From assembly GCF_001194135.2 (NCBI RefSeq), contig NC_068981.1, positions 44,880,059-44,944,058 on the forward strand: a stretch of DNA of 64,000 nt, given 5' to 3'. This DNA comes from Octopus bimaculoides. Taxonomy: Eukaryota. The notes below the pieces were generated by a model that saw only the letters and a program-made list of their open reading frames with translations, was not told the origin of the DNA and did no database searches. Shown here in pieces: positions 55,117 to 64,000 of this stretch; position 1 is the first letter of the stretch; each line of letters starts with the position of its first letter. The position numbers and the translations under genes were made by a program.

Positions 55117-55609
55117 TAATAAAATGCTTCTACCAGGACATAGAATACTTCGTCGCAAATGTGCAGGATTATTTGTACAAAGGAATATTTAAATGTGATA
55201 TAGAGGAATTTTAAATTGGATAATGAATAAGTTTGGAAATGTATATATTTAAAGATTTATTGCTAACATAACAGATGTTTAAGAACAAACAGCAAATAAG
55301 AATCTATTTATCTTGAAATGGAATTACAGATCAACTGAATAAGATGTAAGTAGACACTATCATCTCTTCAATATTAATGACATTGTGTGGAGTTGTGATT
55401 TGCAAATAATATATTCCTACGTAATATATGTTACCTACAGCAAGAATGAAAAAGTTATTACCCACTTCAAGAGAGACATGACTACACGTTTACATGCACT
55501 AACATTTCCAAATAGATGCATAGATACATGTTTATATAGATACATAGATACATGCATGCATAATACATACATATATACGGATCAATATATATACATATAT
55601 GTATATACG

Positions 55610-55644
<35 letters not shown>

Positions 55645-55894
55645 NNNNNNNNNNNNNNNNNNNNNNNNNNNNNNNNNNNNNNNNNNNNNNNNNNNNNNNN
55701 NNNNNNNNNNNNNNNNNNNNNNNNNNNNNNNNNNNNNNNNNNNNNNNNNNNNNNNNNNNNNNNNNNNNNNNNNNNNNNNNNNNNNNNNNNNNNNNNNNNN
55801 NNNNNNNNNNNNNNNNNNNNNNNNNNNNNNNNNNNNNNNNNNNNNNNNNNNNNNNNNNNNNNNNNNNNNNNNNNNNNATATATATATATATATA

Positions 55895-56757
55895 CAAGCT
55901 CTGATCAATAAGTATCAGGACTGTTGCCATACTAACGAAGCTGAAGCACTAGAGTAAAGCCGCTTGGCTAATATTGATCTTGAACTTTGCAGTACATGCG
56001 CTCTGTTTTACCGCTCGAAGCTCACTTCCGATGTTTACAGCAGTGCTTGGAAAGAAGGTTTGTAGCGTGTGATCGTCAAATTGACTATGACAAAGAAAGT
56101 TATCATGGTGATACCTACTAAGAGGCCTGCACAAATTTGCTCAAAGTGTAGAAGATGAGAGTATGAGGCTCACATACGTGTATGAGTCGCACACAATGGT
56201 CGAAAAAATGTCGATATTTGCAATGAGAAGAACTGAGTAAAAGATCGCAGATGTGCGTGCAGCTTTGAGGGGAAAGCGTCGAATCACCATCTGTGAGTTA
56301 TCAAAGGATGTGCAGATTATTTAGGGTTCAGTTCCGTCCATTATCACTGAAAATTTAAGTATGAGACACGTGTCTGCCACGTTTGCGCTAAGACTGCTTT
56401 TAGAGGACCTAAAAGACAGTCGGGTTTCATTTGCACAAGATCTCCTTCATTGTATCGAGCGCGATGAAAACTTCTTGAAAACCACGTCGTACGCATCTGG
56501 GCAGCTATCACCAAGTTTATGGCATAATTTGACGAAGTTTCACTGTTCAACTTTCTCTGTCATGGTCAATGCAACGATCACACACTACACGACTTCCTTC
56601 CAAGCACTGCTGGAAACAGTGGAAGTGAGCTAGAACGATAAGACTGAGTGGGTATACACGCCAGCTTTCAAGGTCAATCTGTGCTAAGGAACTTTAGCCT
56701 GTGTGCTTTAGCTTCCTTACTATGGCAGCAGTTCGGTTAGTTACTGATGAGACCACG
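55895..56757. mobile_element. Mariner derivative with two inverted left ends (~208-bp arms), TA-flanked
   Basis: 55895-56101 aligns to the reverse complement of 56549-56757 (GCTCACTTCC...CAGCAGTGCTTGGAA...TGTGATCGT...ATGAC). Interior encodes mariner HTH on + (RRITICELSKDVQI...MRHVSATF...AQDLLHC...DENFLK) and a transposase start on - (MTEKVEQ...KLG). Confidence 0.75.
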
Positions 56758-56789
56758 TATATGCATGCATACAAACACACACACACACA

Positions 56790-56832
<43 letters not shown>

Positions 56833-58179
56833 ACCTTCCGACTGGTACCAGCAGGCTGAATGCTAAGAATTGCATTTTGACCAATCATTATGTGGCTTAG
56901 ATATCACGATTTCATTAACGCATCAATTTCGTTAGCCTTTATCCCGCTTTTAAAACGAAATATTTTAGCCCATTTGTTTCCGGCTTAGACGTCACTATTT
57001 GGTGGAAACGTCAAGGATTTCTACCACAATAAATAACTGTTTGGTTATATCCATGACTGTTGTAAACAATATTCTTGTTTTCATTGTATTCTATTGCTAC
57101 TATTCCTACAATTTTCCAGATTGCCTGAGTCGCTGGAACTGAATTGATTTGAGGCCGTTTTCCCCACCCATTACATGAGATTCAGAGTGCTCATATTTTA
57201 TACTGTTATGTAGATCTGAAGTAGGATATAGCTACTGGTTTTCGTGCGCCAGTCGGAAAAAACCAAGCTGTACAAACGATCTCTAAATATACATATTTCA
57301 TTGATATGGTATGAGGGAACAATACCTATAGGCACGTAGCTAACAATTTAATTCAGAAATTAACACATTTTGCGTTGTATTGTACTTTGCTCCGCGTCAT
57401 ATTGCATACAGAGTGTTTACAGCGGCCTCAAATCTCTTCTACCCAGAATGAAATTAAATTGACGGAAATTGTCGAAGCCGACTAAATATACTGACATGTT
57501 TTTATTTAACAAGCTTAATCTCTTGTCTGGCTTAACACCAGAATCTGTTGCAAACGTACGGAGAATGGCACTGAGCAGATGATAAGCAAATGTTTGTCTA
57601 CTCTACATGTACAAGTAGCAATATTATTGTTGATTCTGCTTCCTTCACCTAATATATGTAAAGATATAGGAACATATTTAGAGCACTATCCCAATTTAAC
57701 CCACATTGGAACTTCATTGTCTAGCAACTTGATAAATTATAGCTGTCGAACATATTAATTGTTTTGAATGGTCTCTGCTACATGAATTTTATTTATTATA
57801 ACATATTGGCAATAATCTTCGGCAAAAAAGAATAATTTGAGTAAATTATATACATGCAACAAACTCGTGCTACACGTAAATCTGCAGAGAACCATATATA
57901 AATCAGGCAGTGAATCACATATAAATCATACAATGTGTGTTTGTCATCAATACATTGGCGGGAGCTTCTGTAACCTGCAACAACTAAGTAGGCATTTAAT
58001 CATCCGTCTAACTAACGATCCACTAACGATCCTCGCACTTGCTAACGTGCATGTCTCTCCACCTATCGATATACTAATGATCTTCGTACTTGCTAACGTG
58101 CATGTTTATTTAGCTATCTGGTGAGACATGGCGTTCAATGTGGCATTCGCTACGCCAACTAGCAGTGGGGGTATCTGAA

Positions 58180-58278
58180 GCTCAGTCGTAACCCGAAATT
58201 TAGCTCGCAGCTCAAAGCAAAAAATCGACCAAGAGAAAAACTCGTCAGTTGGGACACTCGTAAGTCAAGGTACCATTG
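58180..58278. mobile_element. pogo/Tigger-like transposon terminal fragment
   Basis: Ends ACACTCGTAAGTCAAGGTACCATTG-TA, the reverse complement of a CAGTGGTACCTTGACTTACGAG-type TIR; no partner end found. Confidence 0.5.
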
Positions 58279-58294
58279 TATGTATGCATATATA

Positions 58295-59431
58295 TATCAG
58301 GTCGTCAAGTATAAAATTTGTAGTAAGGTATATGGAAATATTTGACAGCTGCTTATTTTGCGCCATTACTATATTTTGATAATCTCTATTTTTTGTTAGA
58401 AAGGTAACAAATATAATTTCTTTTTTCTTGAATATTAATGGAGTAGTTCATTCTACTGGTATTTTACAGCAGACTGTATGAAATTGGTTTATAAAATTTC
58501 GTTCTGGTAACTTTGATCTTAGAAATAAGCAACGCGGTCGACCAGAAACAAAGTTGGATAACGACGAAATGAAAACAACCGTTGAGTTAGATCCATCTCA
58601 AAGTCCCTGTGAATTATTGTTGCTGTTTGGTGTTAGCAAGCAAACAATATTGACTCAACAAGTTCAAATCGGTAAAGTGAAAAGGTTGGATAATTGGGTC
58701 TCACATGAACTCAATGAAAATCAGAAACAACAACATTTGGAAGCCTGCATTATGCTACTTTGTTGTCACAAAAATGAATCATATTTGAATAGAATTGTAA
58801 CATGCGATGAGAAATGGATCCAACAACCGTAAACATATAGCAGAATGGTTGGACAAAGACGAGCCACTAAAACACAGTTCAAAAAGCAAAATTCCTCAAA
58901 AGAAACTGATGGTGTGTTTGGTGGTCTGGCATAGATGTGATCAATTATGATTTCATTACACCTGTCTTGTCAATCACGGCCGAAGTATACTGCAGCCAAC
59001 TGGACCAAATGATGAAGAAATGTGCGAAAAAAACAACAACAAAAACAGCCGTTTAGTCAACAAATTCACTCCTATTTTATTGCAAGACAGCGCCAGACCA
59101 CACAACGCAAAAATGACATTAGCGAAACTACAGGATTTGTAGTAGTAAATTCTCCATCATCCTCCATACTCACCTGACTTTGTCCCCACTGACTATCACT
59201 TCTACCAGAATTTGGATAACATTTTGATAGGAGAAAAAACTTAATTCCGACGACGATGTAAGACAGGCCTTCCAAGATATTATTGACTCTAGATTGCCGG
59301 GATGGACAAGGTACCGCTGAAATGGCAAAAGTGTATTCACAATATGGGTGCATACTTTGATGAATTAAACTATTCCTTGCATTAGCAAACTTTTTTCCTT
59401 TACTACAAATTTCCTACTTGATGATTTAATA
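58295..59431 (+). mobile_element. Mariner (DD34D) transposon, degenerate, both TIRs with TA
   Basis: TIRs TATCAGGTCGTCAAGTATAAAATTTGTAGTAA vs reverse complement TATTAAATCATCAAGTAGGAAATTTGTAGTAA (26/32). Motifs WVSHEL, IVTCDEKWI, QDSARPH, HPPYSPDFVPTDY with 34 residues between D2 and D3; multiple stops. Confidence 0.95.
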
Positions 59432-62364
59432 TATACACAGGCATATATATATGTATGGTGTGTGTGCGTGCACGTGTGCGATTGTGTATGTGTGTGTGTG
59501 CACACGTTTGTGCATGTGTGTGTGTGCGTGTGTGTGTGTTACATGCGTACGTGTTACATGCATGAACGAGATCTTCATATTTGTAGACTAGTTACATTCT
59601 TGGAATGTACTTTGTTGTATTTCTCCTGTTTCTATATTCACTAAAATTAAATTTTTGCAACATCAGCTTTTGAATAACTTACTTTTAACTTCTGTAAAAT
59701 AAGGTCCCTGTCCAGTAGTGTTATCCATTTAATAATGCGGCCCTCATCACTTTAACAATTGTTGTTCATTCACGTACACGAGAAACAATTTCAAACATCA
59801 TTCGATTTGTTAAACATTTAGATTTTAGAAGAGTGTAATTAGGAGTCTTCACACAAGATTATAACGTTTAACTTGACATGAATGTCCTTTTTGTTTATCT
59901 TGCTTCCTTGTGCTTTATTTAGTGGTATAGGAATCGGAAATGTGGCCACAATACTTCTTTAAAATACAACATACTTTATATAGAGTTCAGGTTTTGTCAT
60001 ATGCATCGCACCGCCCCATATGAGTTTGCAAATTGTAACATTTGTGATCGTGAAATAACTTGTTTTATTTCTCTATTTATTATTATTTATTATTATATAC
60101 CGAATTACCTCACCAAATTTCACAACAATAAAAACAGAAAAAAACACGGTACGTATCTATTTCATTTGATTTTACTATTATGAATGCCGCCTCAATGGTT
60201 TTTACTTCATATGCCGTTACTATCGTGGATGAAAGATTAATTTATTGAGAAATAACTTGTAGATACGAATTTATACGAATTTTTCTTTTAAAATTATATA
60301 TTTTCATGATTAATATTGTTTACACAATTTTAAATCGTGTAAGCATATCTTCTCATCTTTTACTATGAAAAATGAAGAGACCATTTCGCTTTCAAGATAT
60401 AAATTTTGTACTTTTTTTCTCATTATCTACAAACACCTACATATGTGTCTATGTTTTCTTATACATAACAACGTTGCTGAAGAGGAAACATGTAGAAAAT
60501 TAGGAAGTCAGTGTAAAAATATTACTTCAAAGTATACACAAAGGAAATGCTTTTCTCTAAAAATTAGACCAACAATGTAGGATTGAAAATGTGCAAAAGT
60601 AAAAGGCGGCCGAAGAAAAATAGAAATTTTAATCGAACTCAAAGCTTTAGCGTCACAAAATACGTAGATTATTAAAATGATATGAATGCACTATACCCAA
60701 GGTATTATGGATATAACGTTATAATATTGTTATTAAAACTTCAATGTATTTCTCCTATCAAACCAAAACCTTTGAAATTTGGGATACATGTAAAACTCTA
60801 ACAGATGCAATAAGTGAAAAATTTGGGAAAACATTCACACTTTGAAGGATAACAAAATATGTTTTAAAATGAGATAACACAGTAGAGCAATAAAGTATAT
60901 TAGGAAATTTGGCGAGTGAGAAATAAAGAAAATGTATAGGCAATATAAGTTGTTCAAACAATTTACTTTTTATATTCTAGTATAACATTGAGCTTCTTTA
61001 ATCTAAGACATCGATACAATTTTAAATCCTCTCTTTTTTTTCATCAGAGGTTATTTCTGATATTTTCTTGATAAACATTTTATTAAGAAAACTATCAATC
61101 GGATATGAATTGAATGAAAGGAAAAGTATGTCTATCAATTAAGCAATTCTCGTATACATCTGTCAAGTAAATATATAAATATAATAAAAGAAATCAAGTA
61201 TTCTTGTATTAGGATTTGCATAACGCAAAGCTGTTTCACTTATATGCACACAGTGCCAGTCAAAGAATAAATGGGTGAATAAGAAAAATAAATACAAAAT
61301 ATGTATTTTCTTTCCAGCTTACCATCGATGTCTAAAACGAATATATGACAATCACACGATAAGGGTACACTAAGATATAGTATACTTCTAAACATGAAGT
61401 TAAATTCTCATAGAGTACTGTACAGAGTATATCTGCACCATCTGCAAAAATCTGAAGTATGATTATTACAGCCAAATCATTAATTCACAAATATGCTCAT
61501 ACACACATACACATATGGTTATATATATTATGTGGTACTCAGCGTGGCCACATGATTTCGGTTGGAACGTATAACGGAATAAAAAAGAATATATGCATAT
61601 GGTTAAATGCCACCATTTCTTTCAAACGTATGAAGGAACTGATGGAGGACTATCCAACTACTGGTGATACACAAAGCACCAATAAACTGATTAAAAGCAT
61701 AAATGCATATATATACATATANNNNNNNNNNNNNNNNNNNNNNNNNNNNNNNNNNNNNNTATATATATATATATATATGTATGTTGTTTTGCGTTGTTTT
61801 CTTTGCTCTCGGCCTTGAATTCTTCGCAAAAATTTTTGTACGTACCACGAAAATGAGACTACCTCACTCTTATCATTAATGGTGTTAAACTGAGTATTAC
61901 CAATTATTTGATAACTGATGAAGAATTAGGGCCTTTCTATGCTTTTCTCCCGTCTGGTTGTCCTCTCAGTATAAGTAATTTGCAATAAAAAAATGTGAAA
62001 ATCTTCAGTCCTAAAAAATATTTCATTGTCTACCGAGAACATTTGCTTTATGCGCCTAAAAAATCTGGTATATCAATGTCACCTAGAGTTGTCTTGAATG
62101 TGTGTTAGATTGCGAGGTTTGAGAGGCTGATGCAGTTAACTTTGTCGTAAAAATTATGACAGTATTCAGCTGCAAGAAATACGTGGAAGAAGAGACGTCC
62201 AGACGATGAACTCCCTCGTAAAGTAAGGACGAGTCATAGCGTTTAGTTTTAGAACCAATATTCGTGACAACAAAAATACAAAAGGATTATTTTGTAAGGC
62301 CTGAGGTGCGTTGGCATATCGGCATGATGTTAAGTGTTCAGAAACACCAATAAAAAAAGTAAAA

Positions 62365-62514
62365 AAGGCGTAAGACGTTTGCTTTCCAACCACACGGTAC
62401 TGGGATCAGTCCCACTTGGTGGTGCCTTGGCTGGTGTATTCTACTGTAGCCGCAAACTGACCTGAGCCTTGCGACTAGATTTGGAAGACAGATACTAAAG
62501 GGACCTGCCGTATA
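62365..62514 (+). mobile_element. CORE-type SINE, degenerate
   Basis: TTTCCAACCACACGG...TCAGTCCCAC...GGTGCCTTGGCTGGTGTATTCTACTGTAGCC; homologous to 1654 and 44167. Confidence 0.7.
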
Positions 62515-62626
62515 TGTTTGAGTATAATAATAATAATAATAATAATAATATTTTTAAAAGGATTGATGTAACTCTTCACGAAGGTAAATAGTCAAGACGA
62601 AGAGTGCGATTTTAGATGTTTTATTT

Positions 62627-62671
62627 TTTGAACAATATTTCGACAGAACGTCTGTCTTTCTCAAGTTCAAA
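62627..62671 (-). ncRNA. Minimal hammerhead ribozyme, U3-A8 core variant
   Basis: UUUGAAC | UUGAGAA | A | GACAG-acguu-CUGUC | GAA | AUAU (palindromic) | U | GUUCAAA; perfect 7-bp stem I and 5-bp stem II. Confidence 0.75.
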
Positions 62672-62854
62672 CCAGAAGGTGATTGAAAAAACAAAATTTC
62701 AGAAACCAAACGTAAACTATGAACATGAGTAACCAGCGTCCATACGTTGATGGAATGACATCATCAGTTTTTGTCAGTTTTTTAATAAGCAGAAAGAAAG
62801 AAAGAAAAAGGAAGACGACAGAAAAAGAAAAGAAAAAGAGAGAAAGAAGAATAT

Positions 62855-63373
62855 TCAATCAAACAGTTTTGTATAAATTTGATGATATTCTCCTGTCATC
62901 TTATTCATTCCTCTAGGGCGTAATGTCAAAAACCCGCAAACATATTTCTCCTCAAACATTCTGAGAAGTGAAAGTGGGGTACATTCAGAATATTTTTTGA
63001 GAATGTGCACTTTCAAATCTTCTTCAAAATTACAGCCGCTTGAAACGAAATGTTCGGCAAGTTCTGTTGAACTACTGTTATTGTGCCTGACGTCGAATCT
63101 GTGCCCATTAAACCTTTTGTTTAATTGTTCCGTTGTACAACCAACATAAATCAAGTTATGTTTCGTGCATTCTGCAGCGTACACTAAATGGGAATCGTTG
63201 CAGGTTCCCCCTTCTGTATAAATCATAACATTTCTATTATGATTTTTGATGGTATTCACTTCACTCATGTTGTTGCACAATGAACAGGGTTTAATTCTCT
63301 TGCGGCTGTTCTTTAAGGTACAGCGTGTTGATACTTCGATGTTCGTTTTCTTGGAGTCAGATATAGAGGTCAA
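62855..63373 (-). CDS. Penelope-type GIY-YIG endonuclease domain (uninterrupted, RT absent)
   Basis: LVY...YVG, RFNGH, EHF and PRGMN motifs plus Cys/His zinc ligands; the ORF-track start is TTG, not a true ATG. Confidence 0.75.
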   Translation of the reverse strand: MTSISDSKKTNIEVSTRCTLKNSRKRIKPCSLCNNMSEVNTIKNHNRNVMIYTEGGTCNDSHLVYAAECTKHNLIYVGCTTEQLNKRFNGHRFDVRHNNSSSTELAEHFVSSGCNFEEDLKVHILKKYSECTPLSLLRMFEEKYVCGFLTLRPRGMNKMTGEYHQIYTKLFD

Positions 63374-63409
63374 TAATTCTTTTATGTTCTTATTAATATT
63401 AATGCCCTC

Positions 63410-63951
63410 ATGTAGTACCCGGCAGTGGCTCTCATGACTTCTGCTTAACTGATTGGAAGTGCTATCTTGTACATCCTTTTATCTTGGTAAAAAAGATAGA
63501 CTACACAAATATTCTGCTCAATATCACAGAGTTGCTACTCATTTGCTTCATCTTAACCAGTTGAGCATGTCATTTAGTGACTGACGATATGTGCATCACT
63601 GATCATGAGCAGAAGTAGTGGGGAGAATCATAGCAATGTCTTGAGAGGAGTTCTTTGGGGTTTGGACAGTTCACCTTTGGAAACAAATGTGTTTTGTTCA
63701 TCGTCCTCAAACAACCGTTCCTCAGGGACCTTTTGAGCAAGATGACCTACTCGACCCAAAGAAAATTCTAACTGGTTCCCACCTGCAAGCTCATGTACTG
63801 TTTATCTTGAGACGAGATCATTATGTTGCGCACATATGTTTGTGATGCATGTGTCTGGTGTAACCTTCTCGAAGAAGTAGTCATAATGGGTATACAGGGC
63901 TCCGTATATTTTACCCCAGTGTCACTTTAATGGCATGCCTTGCTCTCTCAC

Positions 63952-63955
<4 letters not shown>
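63410..63955 (+). mobile_element. Unclassified probable retroposed repeat ending in (TAA)n
   Basis: Abrupt junction where Penelope homology stops; higher-GC non-coding block ending in a (TAA)n tail; single copy here, family identity not established. Confidence 0.35.

Positions 63956-64000
<45 letters not shown>
63953..64000. repeat. (TAA)n microsatellite
   Basis: Direct reading; runs to the window end. Confidence 0.95.

Larger units (their letters stand above)
62600..63395 (-). mobile_element. Penelope-like retroelement, 5'-truncated (linker + GIY-YIG endonuclease + 3' end with hammerhead)
   Basis: Open frame 62855-63373 (172 aa) preceded in frame by NKNIKELL; CSLC...GTCNDSHLVYAAEC...YVGCT...KRFNGH...LAEHF...E...LTLRPRGMN; hammerhead fold then AATAAA downstream. 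Confidence 0.9.

Noticed and set aside
56982-57016. Hammerhead-like GTCACTATTTGGTG-GAAACGTC-AAGG followed by AATAAA
   Set aside because: The CUGANGA core is absent (CTTAGAC) and stem II is incomplete; at most a decayed PLE end
57995-58105. 33-bp imperfect direct repeat (ACTAACGATC...CTTGCTAACGTGCATGT), two copies
   Set aside because: Only two units with a single spacer; local slippage duplication, not a CRISPR-like array
60470-60500. CTGAAGA...GAAA spacing resembling a hammerhead
   Set aside because: No stem II, III or I pairing

Overview
AT-rich eukaryotic draft-assembly sequence with many N gaps, most flanked by (TA)n or (CA)n microsatellites. The SINE families and microsatellite density point to a coleoid cephalopod (Octopus); this is inference from recognised repeat sequences, not a database search. 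I find no supportable host protein-coding gene, rRNA, true tRNA or known miRNA. Most long ORFs in the track are microsatellite or gap artefacts. The window is an intronic or intergenic transposon graveyard. It holds a Tc1 (DD34E) relic with both TIRs and a SINE in its catalytic codon, a mariner (DD34D) relic with both TIRs, a mariner derivative with two inverted left ends, a maT-like deletion derivative, two R4/Dong-type RLE LINE fragments in (TAA)n tracts, CR1-like and RTE-like 3' ends, two Penelope-like (GIY-YIG) fragments and about 15 tRNA-derived SINEs. The most interesting signal is three minimal type-I hammerhead ribozyme folds with palindromic stem III. They sit in three different repeats: the 3' end of a Penelope element (U3-A8 core variant, 62627-62671), an unclassified non-coding repeat (GUC site, 41323-41367) and the tail of a Pol III B-box-bearing SINE-like element (31232-31273). 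This suggests non-autonomous, ribozyme-bearing elements that may use Penelope machinery. None of the folds has been tested computationally or experimentally here.
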